A stretch of 64,000 nucleotides of DNA from a bacterium. Its GTDB lineage: Bacteria > Vulcanimicrobiota > JAZDOK01. Shown here one piece after another: positions 34,629 through 43,630 of the stretch; the stretch's first letter is position 1; every line of letters starts with the position of its first letter. The stretch lies in contig JAZDOK010000095.1 of NCBI GenBank assembly GCA_043798715.1, positions 6,284 to 70,283 of the forward strand, in the 5' to 3' direction. Position numbers and translations under genes: made by a program. The notes beneath the pieces are model-generated. The model saw only the letters and a program-made list of their open reading frames with translations, was not told the origin of the DNA and searched no databases.

Positions 34629-35396
34629 GTGTGACATATACCAATTAATATCATCTATTTTCATCCCCAAGCAGGATGCCAAAGGAAATAATATACTTCT
34701 GGTCTCTTTAATTGCTGCATCCACTTCTCCTATTGATGGACGATATGCAAGTTTATGAACAACATTGTTTCTTAATTCACATATTTTTGTATTTTTGAGA
34801 TTGATGAGTAGTTCTGATAGATGTGCATCTTGTATGTTTCCAATCATGATGTCGGAAGGTGTAGTTGTTAATGAATTCAAGTCTTTTATTATTTTTTCTG
34901 CATCATCAAGGGATTTTGTAGGCTGATTAATTAATAATCGATTTAAGAAAATGTTTCGAAGTTTTACGAAAGGATAAGTCTTAATTTTCTCGTAGAGCTG
35001 TTTTGATAATTCATTCATGTGATTGAGGCTGTCTTTTCCTTTTTTATGTTCAATGCTGAATGGTTTGTATAATAATTCGACTCGAAAATATAAACTAAAG
35101 AAAACCTCAAATGCTTGAGCTAAGTTCAATATGCAGTAAGAATATCGTTTTTCTTGTTTGAGATCACAGCAATCAAACACTAGCATTTGAAAGGCAGGAT
35201 TTATTGAATCGCCATTAATGTTAAATTCTTTGCCACAAATATCATTCAGGCATTTTACTTTCATGAATCCAATTGCTTCTGTTGTCTTAAGATCAGTAAT
35301 CCGATTATAAATATTTTTATAGTCGCAGTCGGGGCACCAAGCGATAAAATTTTCATAGCTCGTTTCTTTCTTTTTTGCATAAAGAAGTTTGCTCAT
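34623..35396 (-). CDS. Cassette-encoded protein with Zn-ribbon-like Cys pairs and a HEPN-like RxxxxH motif
   Basis: CPDC...C-x4-C at the N-terminus; RNNVVH near the C-terminus; AT-rich. Confidence 0.7.
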   Translation of the reverse strand: MSKLLYAKKKETSYENFIAWCPDCDYKNIYNRITDLKTTEAIGFMKVKCLNDICGKEFNINGDSINPAFQMLVFDCCDLKQEKRYSYCILNLAQAFEVFFSLYFRVELLYKPFSIEHKKGKDSLNHMNELSKQLYEKIKTYPFVKLRNIFLNRLLINQPTKSLDDAEKIIKDLNSLTTTPSDIMIGNIQDAHLSELLINLKNTKICELRNNVVHKLAYRPSIGEVDAAIKETRSILFPLASCLGMKIDDINWYMSHA

Positions 35397-35420
35397 AGTT
35401 CACTCATAATGTAGACGCAT

Positions 35421-35696
35421 AATGGCGGAATTGAGTGGCTACCGCAGACAGTACGTAGTTCGAAGCTAATGTCGTACGCCGTACGCCCAGAATTCCTCGA
35501 ATTATTCTCCTGAACATTTTCACTCCTTAAATTTTCACTATAACATCTATTTTATGCCTGTCAAGGGAAAGGGCAAAAAACAGGCACTTCTCTTCCTGCC
35601 CGCTCAATTGCCAGGGCAGAGCCTTCGGTGGTGAATTACCGGACCGCCGTGATGATTTCCCCCGTTTAAAAATTGTCAACAATGACGATGCGACCC
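35421..35696 (-). repeat. Promoter-bearing non-coding module, copy 1
   Basis: Colinear with 37484-37735; TTGACA(35564-35559)-16-TATAGT(35542-35537) on the minus strand. Confidence 0.85.
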
Positions 35697-35841
35697 TGTT
35701 ATCGACGCGACCCCGTTACCACATGACGTTCGCCTCCCGCAACACCTTTTCAATCTCAGCATCCGCGGTCAATAAACGTCCAGAAAACGCCAAGTAATTC
35801 GAACCGCGCGGTTGCTTATCAGAGTGCAAGCCGTTGTCCGG

Positions 35842-36927
35842 TCATAGCTTGCGTCCAAGAATATCATGGATTATGTGGTAGCTCAATTGTGTCGCGCGGC
35901 TCTTAGGCCCCAAGTATCGCTTCATATCCAAGAAGATGTTGTCGAGGTTAGCCAAGTCAGAATCAGTGTAAATCAATACGAAGATCCCATATTTCCGAAA
36001 GAAGTTTTTGTGCTTCCGCATTTCACGTTCAAAATTGTCTTGGGCCATCTTGTTAATTTCGACCTGTGTGAGCTCCTTCACCTTGGAGAGGTGGCCATGG
36101 GTGGACCATGGCGACAATTCGAATCCTATCTTGGTCAGCTCAAATGGGTCAATGACAGTAAAGTCGAGACGGTATCGATGAGATGCGGACAAACCCTCAT
36201 AGCGGAATTCTGGAACTAGAAGGGGAACACGGTTGGGATCTGGAGTTGAAAGCACATACTCGCGATAGGTGCTTGCAAGCGCATACTCATACTTTGATCC
36301 GCTATTTCTTACTATTACATTCAGGAAGAAGTTAAGATACTCCTCTGGTCCATTAAACATTATTTTTTCGTCGCGGCCAGGAATGACCAATCCAGTCTCA
36401 ACAACATGGCCAATGGACCAATAAAGGGGACCGAAGTGACGAATCTCACTCATGTCATTCTCCCATTGACTTGTACTACGAATAAACCGGGGCGTAACAA
36501 GAAGCCCATAGTTAGCGTTATTCTGTCCGATCCACAACGCTGCATCCTCAATGCTTGGGCGCTTCTTCGAGAGAGCTTCCAAGTTTCTTAAATAAGTACG
36601 CTTTAGAAAAATGAAGAGATAATCTTGAAGCTTTGGATATCTCCGTAGCAGTTCGAGGTTTTGTGTGTGAGCTCTGACTGGAGCTGACACCTCTGCTTTC
36701 TCTAATAAGCCTTCTAGATACAGGGCTACGAAGTGTTCGGGAGAATAAATTACCTCATTCTTTATGTCTATGTAGTCAGCAAACTTGCCACCGTATAAAC
36801 CGTTCAATGAGTGTTCGGAACGTATACCCGTTTCGGCAAGAACATCTGGCAGCAAAATCTTAAGCTGAGTGGAAAGATCTGCAATGACTTTGTTCCGTGC
36901 CGTTTTCTCAGGGTCTCGCTTTGCCAT
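35842..36927 (-). CDS. Cassette-encoded protein with C-terminal PD-(D/E)xK/Vsr-like nuclease motif
   Basis: PEFRY..YRLDFTVIDP..KIGFELSPWSTH; preceded by GTTCGGT and followed by a truncated attC (ACCGGAC..TTGCAC). Confidence 0.7.
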   Translation of the reverse strand: MAKRDPEKTARNKVIADLSTQLKILLPDVLAETGIRSEHSLNGLYGGKFADYIDIKNEVIYSPEHFVALYLEGLLEKAEVSAPVRAHTQNLELLRRYPKLQDYLFIFLKRTYLRNLEALSKKRPSIEDAALWIGQNNANYGLLVTPRFIRSTSQWENDMSEIRHFGPLYWSIGHVVETGLVIPGRDEKIMFNGPEEYLNFFLNVIVRNSGSKYEYALASTYREYVLSTPDPNRVPLLVPEFRYEGLSASHRYRLDFTVIDPFELTKIGFELSPWSTHGHLSKVKELTQVEINKMAQDNFEREMRKHKNFFRKYGIFVLIYTDSDLANLDNIFLDMKRYLGPKSRATQLSYHIIHDILGRKL

Positions 36928-36947
36928 TCATTCCACACCTTCTTGTG

Positions 36948-37010
36948 ACCGAACGCCAGAGGTCAGCAATGCGGGCATTAGTCTACATTCCCTGGACCGA
37001 TTTATTCGGC
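36948..37010 (-). mobile_element. attC site
   Basis: Minus strand GCCGAAT-aaatcg-GTCCAG...GCTGAC-ctctggc-GTTCGGT, 63 bp. Confidence 0.7.
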
Positions 37011-37015
37011 CTGAA

Positions 37016-37459
37016 TCATCCAAGGTCGGACGCAGCTTGTGCAAAGGCGAGTATCCTCCTCAGATGCGGCTCAGGATGCCAGCCATAATCTCGGACGGAA
37101 TCGATAGGCTTCTGGGTCTGAGTATTCTGCGCAATCAGTCCCATACTCATGTCGATGCGGTCAAGCAAGCGATCAACTTCCGCCGCTGGATCATCGTGGT
37201 CAGGCCCATGCCATACCCAAAATTGGCTCTTGTCACCTTCATATTCGTCCCAAGCCTTCTTGATGAAGTCGAAAACCTGATCATCCGTCACGTATCCCTT
37301 TAAGTGAAGCCATGCTGCTAAGGATGGGGAGTGGGATATTTGTTCGTGCGCTCCCGGGTCAAGCTCTCGGATGCGCCTCTTTGCTGTCATGAGGCGGTCA
37401 TGTGCATCGATCAGAAATTCGATATCCTTTAGAAGCTTAGTTGCTACTGATTCATTCAT
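37016..37459 (-). CDS. Cassette-encoded hypothetical protein
   Basis: 147-aa ORF with AAGGAG SD, between module copy 2 and an attC. Confidence 0.65.
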   Translation of the reverse strand: MNESVATKLLKDIEFLIDAHDRLMTAKRRIRELDPGAHEQISHSPSLAAWLHLKGYVTDDQVFDFIKKAWDEYEGDKSQFWVWHGPDHDDPAAEVDRLLDRIDMSMGLIAQNTQTQKPIDSVRDYGWHPEPHLRRILAFAQAASDLG

Positions 37460-37483
37460 TTTTGTGCACTCCTTTTGCTGTCG

Positions 37484-37735
37484 AATGGCGGAATTGAGCG
37501 ACGACCGCAGACGGCGCGTAGTTCGAAGCTAATAGCATATGCCGTACGCCCAGAATTCCTCGAATTATTCCCCTAAACATTGTCACTCTTTCAATTTTTA
37601 CTATAACATCTATTCCATGCCTGTCAATCTCTTCTCCTCTACCCAATTTACAGGGCAGAGCCATCGGTGATGAATTATCGGATCACCGTGATTATTTCCC
37701 CGTTTAAAAATTATCAACAATGAAGATGCAGCCCC
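37484..37735 (-). repeat. Promoter-bearing non-coding module, copy 2
   Basis: Colinear with 35421-35696; TTGACA(37627-37622)-16-TATAGT(37605-37600). Confidence 0.85.
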
Positions 37736-37742
37736 GACCACG

Positions 37743-39194
37743 TTACGCATGTTGTTGGACTGAGCCCTTTGTCACTTTGGTGTGGTCAGAGATTACCTCG
37801 AAACCTCCATGCGGCCCTGGGTCCATTAGGGATGCAAAGTGGAGTGCCGCAGTCAGCCGTGTCTGTCGGTCATTCTTCTTGTGACTGATAATATGCCCAC
37901 CCTTGATTCTGGCAAATACATCATTGCCGTTATCAAAGATAAGCGCATCCCTCATCCCAGCTTTAATAGCTAACTCCTTTGCGTCTCGTATGGTAATCCC
38001 TGATCGCCCGCTGAGACCGCATATGCTGAGGTTGGCCACACGGCCGTCTTCGAAGATGCCCACAATATGGTGAGGGTAGATGGCCGGAAGCAACCACACG
38101 CTGACCTCGTGGCGGTCCATGTCGACGAAGAAGTGGCCGGGAGCAGATACGCCCGCTCGCGATTCCTCTGACACATAGTCCGTCGCCAGAAAGTCATCTG
38201 AGAGTTCGTCGGCACTGAACTTGAGTGTGTGGTTCTGTACTCCACCAAACTCAGCCCATAGATCAGTCTCAGAGATCTGGCATACGTTGCACATAGTCTC
38301 CAACCATTCCTGGGTCATAGCGAGTTCCATCGGCAAAGTGACAGGTTCGTCACGTGTTGCATAAACGAAATTCCTTTTCTCGCGTATCTCGTCAAAACCG
38401 AAGTAGAACTCAATCCGACCAATCGCGTCCGCCTTAATCCGGGAAATCTTCGCGATGCGACTGACAAGAGACTTCTGTAGTTTCGGTAGCCGCCATACGT
38501 GCCTGAAGTCGCTAACGTTCCGGGCGGTCATTTCAAGGGATACTTTCCGCCCGTCGATTACCAACGGATAGCCGCTGACAGCCCATCTTACTTTGTCCTC
38601 ATACTTTGGCGAGGCATCACTCGTGGCCTTCACTGGCTCGTCGAAATACGTCTGCTTGTCCACCTTTTGGCATCCCCCTAGTTCATTGAACAGGAGGAGT
38701 TCTACACCGACACGCCCCGAGTGTTCAGTGTCTTGTGCATACTCCACGAGGCACGCGTAGGGAGGGGGATGATCGGGTCTTTCGCCAACCACCATGTATG
38801 GTGCCCGATCGACATAGGCAAGGGCTCTGAGATTCTGCAGTACGTTGCCAAGACCGGTTGAAAGCTCAATTGGGACCCGTCTGTGACGTCCATGCTTGAG
38901 GTGTTCCTCCGTCGCAGCATCTGCTCCAAAGACGGCCTCATGTGTCTCGACGCTCCATTTGTAGCCATGGAGTTCCTCAGGGTCGGACAGCAGTCGTGCG
39001 GCGTCGTTTCGGAAGCGGCCAAAGGGAATTCCGTAACTGCGCTCAATCAATGTCAATGGGTAGTTACGCTGAATCGAAATGCCGATCTTTATTCGCTCCG
39101 GATCCGCAATTGCTGCGACGATGGGCATTGTGTCTTCTGGAAGGTATGTGCTGACGTGCTGTTTGGCAAGTTCTAGCAGTGTCTTAGCGTCCAT
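37743..39194 (-). CDS. Cassette-encoded protein with divergent phosphodiester glycosidase (NAGPA-like) domain
   Basis: AVSGYPLVIDG and YPHHIVG...SGITI.DAKELA..AG.RDALIFDNG resemble NAGPA motifs; start ATG 39194 after GGAGGGGAG. Confidence 0.55.
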   Translation of the reverse strand: MDAKTLLELAKQHVSTYLPEDTMPIVAAIADPERIKIGISIQRNYPLTLIERSYGIPFGRFRNDAARLLSDPEELHGYKWSVETHEAVFGADAATEEHLKHGRHRRVPIELSTGLGNVLQNLRALAYVDRAPYMVVGERPDHPPPYACLVEYAQDTEHSGRVGVELLLFNELGGCQKVDKQTYFDEPVKATSDASPKYEDKVRWAVSGYPLVIDGRKVSLEMTARNVSDFRHVWRLPKLQKSLVSRIAKISRIKADAIGRIEFYFGFDEIREKRNFVYATRDEPVTLPMELAMTQEWLETMCNVCQISETDLWAEFGGVQNHTLKFSADELSDDFLATDYVSEESRAGVSAPGHFFVDMDRHEVSVWLLPAIYPHHIVGIFEDGRVANLSICGLSGRSGITIRDAKELAIKAGMRDALIFDNGNDVFARIKGGHIISHKKNDRQTRLTAALHFASLMDPGPHGGFEVISDHTKVTKGSVQQHA

Positions 39195-39241
39195 GTGCTG
39201 CTCTCCCCTCCTGCTATTGTCTTGTGGAATTGCTCCGATCC

Positions 39242-39378
39242 AACGATAAAATTGAGCGGCGACCGCAGACAGCGGCATTTTGCGAACGCTTGCGTTCTGG
39301 CATTCGCGCCGGCAAGGCGGCAGCCCCGCCCCCGTTTGTCGCTTACCTAAGTATAGAGGAAAGTCAGGCCATAGTCAA
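39242..39378 (-). promoter_or_regulatory. Third, divergent promoter + cassette-junction module
   Basis: TTGACT-17-TATACT (39378-39350); shares GTCTGCGGTCGCCGCTCAATT with copies 1 and 2; ends in G/TTGGAT. Confidence 0.65.
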
Positions 39379-39579
39379 GGGATCGGCTTACCGAAAAATA
39401 CTTAACAAAAGCTAATCTATACAGGATAAACATGCTGTTTTTGATACTTGATTATGACGCCCTGCAGAACTCCATCGAACTTGCCGCGTGAAGTTCTTTC
39501 GAGTGAAACTCGTAAACGCTAAAAATTGCTGAAAATGTCAGGGAATGTCAAAAACAAGACACCATGATTACCTGATTCG

Positions 39580-41016
39580 TCAAGTCATTTTCTTTGCCAA
39601 TTCTTGACAGACTGTAACAAATAGATCCATGTCGGCACGGGTAAGCCATACACAAGCATCGACACGCATAGGGCATGGGGTTGGAGCCGGCTCCCCGGTA
39701 GCAGGGTTTCTATTTGGTATGGAATGGAGTGGAAAAAAGTGTGCTTCCGGATCCGGTGGGCGGGTAAGTCCGGTCGGACCCAGCCCTCCGGCACCGATAC
39801 GAATACGGTGCTCTTCAAAAATGCGCTCTTGGAATTTCATCCCCAGTGTACCGTCCCGACGGAGTGATTCAGTGGGGAAAGGGTTAAAGGCGATAATCCC
39901 CGATTTTAACTCGGGGTCACGAGCAGGCTGTAATAGAGCCTGCTCGCCGAAAGTCCGGACAATCGTTCTTCGAGTATAATCAGCTAAAGCCAGGATATAG
40001 TCCTGAATTCGCTTTCGCCCGACAGCTTCCCATAGTTCACATGCCTCTCCCAGTGCACGCCAGTCAGCAGACTCAGGAAAACCATAGACACTCAATGCAG
40101 CGCCAATATCAAACCCGGAAGAGCGGGAACCGTCAGTTGGAGCGTCAAGGGCACCGCTCCGCAGCAAATAAAAAGGTGGAGGATTATTGGGATTGGCTTT
40201 GTTGGGCCGGTTACGCACATATAATACTCCGGTTCCGCCCGGACCGCATTGCCACTTGTGACCTGAAATACCCCAGAAATCTATCCCTAATTCGTTAAGT
40301 TGCGGGTCAAACTGCCCCCCGTAATGGGCTCCATCAACAATGGTAATAATACCGTATTCCTGAGCGAGCTTTGCGATACGGCGGGCGGGGAAAAGCATGC
40401 CCGAGGGCTGACAGGGGCAGGAAAAAAATATAGCCTTCGTTTTGCCCGGTTTGATACTGCGGCGTACAGATTCCACCACTTCCTCTGCGGTTGCATCGCG
40501 AGCCATGGGCACAGCAAATTGACGGATGCGTATGTTGAAACGCCCGGCTACACGCAATATGGTCGCGACGCAATTGGGATATTCGAGCGTAGAGGTGAGC
40601 AGTTCGTCCCCTTGCCGCCAGTCGATTCCCCAGAGAATTTGAGTTATTGCGTCAGTCGTATTACGGGCGATGGCGATCTCATCCAGATCGGCACCATAGC
40701 AGCGCGCTATTTTTTCACGGGTCTTGTTCGACGGCTCCAGATACACGGGAAAAGGGTCTTTGGCAATCTGATCTAGTCCCTCCTTATAGTGCTGTATGAT
40801 CGGTTTTGGCATGGAGCCTTTCTGTCCAATAGCGTAATAGGGAGGGTCTTTATCCAGCGTAAAGGTTTTCGAAAAGGAGTGGAAAAAGGGCTCCTCGGCT
40901 TCAAGGTAGGCATCGAAACCGTGTCTCGCCGGATCGGGAGGTGGGGAGGAAGAAGAGCTCGACACCTCACTGGCAGATCGCTGTTTTTCCGTGAAATCGT
41001 CTTTTTCGTGTTCCAT
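39580..41016 (-). CDS. Class V PLP aminotransferase (isopenicillin-N epimerase-like)
   Basis: RNTTDA, VDGAH, SGHKWQCGPGGTG. Confidence 0.85.
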   Translation of the reverse strand: MEHEKDDFTEKQRSASEVSSSSSSPPPDPARHGFDAYLEAEEPFFHSFSKTFTLDKDPPYYAIGQKGSMPKPIIQHYKEGLDQIAKDPFPVYLEPSNKTREKIARCYGADLDEIAIARNTTDAITQILWGIDWRQGDELLTSTLEYPNCVATILRVAGRFNIRIRQFAVPMARDATAEEVVESVRRSIKPGKTKAIFFSCPCQPSGMLFPARRIAKLAQEYGIITIVDGAHYGGQFDPQLNELGIDFWGISGHKWQCGPGGTGVLYVRNRPNKANPNNPPPFYLLRSGALDAPTDGSRSSGFDIGAALSVYGFPESADWRALGEACELWEAVGRKRIQDYILALADYTRRTIVRTFGEQALLQPARDPELKSGIIAFNPFPTESLRRDGTLGMKFQERIFEEHRIRIGAGGLGPTGLTRPPDPEAHFFPLHSIPNRNPATGEPAPTPCPMRVDACVWLTRADMDLFVTVCQELAKKMT

Positions 41017-41079
41017 TTGTGCATCGTCTCGTTTCGTTCAATACTTAATATTTATCCCTATCTTCTTGATTTGGGATTT

Positions 41080-41592
41080 TCAGCGGTAGTATCCGGTGCC
41101 GACAACCCATCCGAATGGTTTGAACAGAAGCACGTAAGATCTCTTGGGCCGCGGTTGGCTCTCTCCTCTTTTGGGGAACCAGTACTCGGCATACCCGCCA
41201 CCGGCCGTTCCTTTTGCGAGCAATTCCTTAATGTAAAACGTGCCTTTAAGGTCCTTGTCCTCAAGGCGATTCCTGCCCTCCACGTCTTTTCTGCCGTAAA
41301 GAACCACATTGACACCTTTCGTCGTATCAGCCCAGAAATATCCTTCATTCCCGTATCTAAGCTCACGCAGAAGGTCGGCTCCAAGCTTCTTTGCCTGCTC
41401 AAGGGTCATTTCCCCGCGTTGCTGTTTTGTGAAGATAGCCTGGAGCATGCTGACCGCCGTTTCGACCTGACTTTTGATCAGCCGGTCCTGTGCCGATGAC
41501 TTTTCCAATTTTCCAGGCTGGGCGCCGGCAGGCAGACACAAAGCTACTACATTCAGAAGAACCACCAGTATCGTCACCAATGCCTTTTTCAT
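41080..41592 (-). CDS. Exported single Cache_2 domain protein
   Basis: Signal peptide; LRYGNEGYFW, D..G..Y..EL, GGY.EYWFPK..PK.SYV..FKPFGWVVGTGYY. Confidence 0.85.
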   Translation of the reverse strand: MKKALVTILVVLLNVVALCLPAGAQPGKLEKSSAQDRLIKSQVETAVSMLQAIFTKQQRGEMTLEQAKKLGADLLRELRYGNEGYFWADTTKGVNVVLYGRKDVEGRNRLEDKDLKGTFYIKELLAKGTAGGGYAEYWFPKRGESQPRPKRSYVLLFKPFGWVVGTGYYR

Positions 41593-41629
41593 ATTCTCTC
41601 CTCCTTGATTCAAAATCTCACACGCCGAC

Positions 41630-42841
41630 TCATTTTACCTTTGATCTTAAACCATCAAACCATTTACGTGCATCGAGCAGCGCAAATAGAAATGTTTCCG
41701 CATGGCCTGCCGACTTGCCGGCATTTACTAAAGATACGTCGGAGCCCATGTTTTTCATATATCCATATGCTGTTTGTGCGATGACCGGCGGCACCATGTC
41801 ATCAGCTTCACCATAATAAAAGCGTATCGGCACATCAGATTGCCACATATACACCTCGTTGTCATATAAAGCCCTGCAAAACGCGTCAGTGCCGACTAAT
41901 GAATCCGTTACAAACGTCTCCTGAAATAGTTCCCGGGGAGTCCTGCCAAATTGTTCAAAAACATCTTTGGGGATAACGTCCGTATCAAATATTTTTTGCC
42001 CGACATCCTGGTAGCGCGGTTTCAATGCCTCCTGACTTAACCCCGGCAGATTATAGTACTCCCCGTACGCCAAAATCACGTAAGCCATTATCGCCGGTAT
42101 CTTCGGCGACAGTGTATGTATCAGCCATTGCGCCCAGTTCAAATACATATCATATGGCCCGGCAACAGGAGCCGCAGCCCTGACTCCTGGGTACCTTTGA
42201 GTGCGAAGCAGCCGCAAAAAAGCCATTGTAGCATGTCCGCCCTGGGACCAGCCGCTCAGAAAGAGATCGCTAGACAGCTTTATGTCCATTTCGGAACATA
42301 TCTTTTTGCCGGCCTTAAGCATATCCCACGATGCCTGTGCTTCACCATCGGCCATAATAAATGTATGGCGTCCCATAGAGTCTCCCTTGCCAATATAATC
42401 CGGCATAAATATTACATAGCCATGTCCTGCAAAAGCGGCTATAACTGCTTGTGCTTCTAAACATCCGTCCGGATTTGATGGGATTTCGTGCTTGCTGAAT
42501 TCGGCACTATGCTGATACGATAGTACCGGCAACGAGCCTTGGGCTCCCATCGGCACCGCAAGTAATCCTGACACCGTCTCCACAGCATCGCGCCTGTAGG
42601 GATTTGCCGTCCGATACCGGACCTTATACAATGAAACCGGATATTTGGTGTACTCAAAACCATAAGAAGCGGGATCAACACCAAAAACAGTTTTACTTAA
42701 TGTTTTGTCCATCTTTTCCCGAGAATACTGGCCGACAGGTTGAGCATTTATCGCTTTTCCGATATCACTCGCATATACAACATTGGAAGCGATACACCCA
42801 ATCAAAAATATCGCAAAGAACATAACCGATAATTTCTTCAC
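41630..42841 (-). CDS. Secreted lipase/esterase (alpha/beta hydrolase)
   Basis: Signal peptide from GTG 42841; PDYIG.G, GWSQGG nucleophile elbow, D..VP, H. Confidence 0.8.
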   Translation of the reverse strand: MKKLSVMFFAIFLIGCIASNVVYASDIGKAINAQPVGQYSREKMDKTLSKTVFGVDPASYGFEYTKYPVSLYKVRYRTANPYRRDAVETVSGLLAVPMGAQGSLPVLSYQHSAEFSKHEIPSNPDGCLEAQAVIAAFAGHGYVIFMPDYIGKGDSMGRHTFIMADGEAQASWDMLKAGKKICSEMDIKLSSDLFLSGWSQGGHATMAFLRLLRTQRYPGVRAAAPVAGPYDMYLNWAQWLIHTLSPKIPAIMAYVILAYGEYYNLPGLSQEALKPRYQDVGQKIFDTDVIPKDVFEQFGRTPRELFQETFVTDSLVGTDAFCRALYDNEVYMWQSDVPIRFYYGEADDMVPPVIAQTAYGYMKNMGSDVSLVNAGKSAGHAETFLFALLDARKWFDGLRSKVK

Positions 42842-42932
42842 GAGTATCCTCCTCTCATAATCCCCGGAATCCGAAGTTGAAATCAATCGCGAGGTCACTT
42901 TGCATCCGAAGGTCACGAGATCGAAGCAGAAT

Positions 42933-43244
42933 CTATTTCCCATAAGCCTGATCATGCGGACCCAGGTCAATGAATTTTATCGTTTCATCCGGACATTTTT
43001 CGCAATCAAAACAGCGGACAGCTCCATCATCGCCTTTTTTCCGGCATGCTTTGCAATAAAGGTAAATCACCAGAAAATTCCTTCGAACAGGGAAACTGTA
43101 GAAGCCTCTAAAATTGCCTTTTAAAGGTTCTCCCAACGCAACCGGGTCCTTGATGATCATATCAACTTTATTTTTTATGGCTTTTTTGATGGAGCCGTAT
43201 TTTTTCAAGGACTTTACAAAGGCGTCGCTGAAAAGAACCTGCAT
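42933..43244 (-). CDS. RelE/ParE-family toxin with Cys insert
   Basis: F.KSLKK..DP..GEPLKGNFRGFYS...IDLGPHD..Y; start overlaps the antitoxin stop. Confidence 0.75.
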   Translation of the reverse strand: MQVLFSDAFVKSLKKYGSIKKAIKNKVDMIIKDPVALGEPLKGNFRGFYSFPVRRNFLVIYLYCKACRKKGDDGAVRCFDCEKCPDETIKFIDLGPHDQAYGK

Positions 43245-43495
43245 TAAAAGACCTCTTTATATTTTGACCATTTCATTTTGCCGGTTCTGACTTTCTCAAT
43301 GGTCTTTAAAAGATTCTCGGTAAAATCAGGGTCGGAAAGTATTATTTCAGTCGGTTCCTTCTCAATGACGCGCTTTAAATTCAGAACAAACTGGGTGAAA
43401 ATTTCGGAAATAGAAGTCCTCTGCCGCTCGGCATAAATCTTGGCAAAATCAATCAAATCCTTGTCCATCGTGATATTCAATTTGCTTTTTATCAT
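43244..43495 (-). CDS. RHH antitoxin (DUF6364-like)
   Basis: KLNITMDKDLIDFAKIYA....TSIS. Confidence 0.75.
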   Translation of the reverse strand: MIKSKLNITMDKDLIDFAKIYAERQRTSISEIFTQFVLNLKRVIEKEPTEIILSDPDFTENLLKTIEKVRTGKMKWSKYKEVF

Positions 43496-43515
43496 TGCAA
43501 ACCACCTCTGTTGTT

Positions 43516-43544
43516 ATTATACGCCGTTTATGCGTATAAGTCAA
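43516..43544 (-). promoter_or_regulatory. TA promoter with overlapping palindromic operator
   Basis: TTGACT-17-TATAAT; inverted repeat TTATACGC-N7-GCGTATAA (43517-43539). Confidence 0.75.
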
Positions 43545-43559
43545 ACAAGCCGGCTCAAA

Positions 43560-43615
43560 GAATATTGCCGCCGCCTGGCCGCCCTTGATGCCTTCGGGGC
43601 GGTTGTGAGTGATTC
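43560..43615 (-). pseudogene. ADP-ribosylglycohydrolase fragment
   Basis: Translates ITHNRPEGIKGGQAAAIF, like the family motif VTHNHPEGIKGAQA. Confidence 0.5.
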
Positions 43616-43630
43616 TGTCGGGTGTGCCGT

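Noticed and set aside
37452-37664. 70-aa ORF inside module copy 2
   Set aside because: Not preserved in copy 1 and overlaps the promoter; treated as non-coding
35421-37735. Repeated module as a CRISPR array or composite transposon ends
   Set aside because: Only two long copies about 2 kb apart; no short repeat-spacer periodicity, cas genes, transposase or terminal inverted repeats
39284-39297. GAAC-N6-GTTC as a LexA box
   Set aside because: Spacing does not match the GAAC-N4-GTTC consensus
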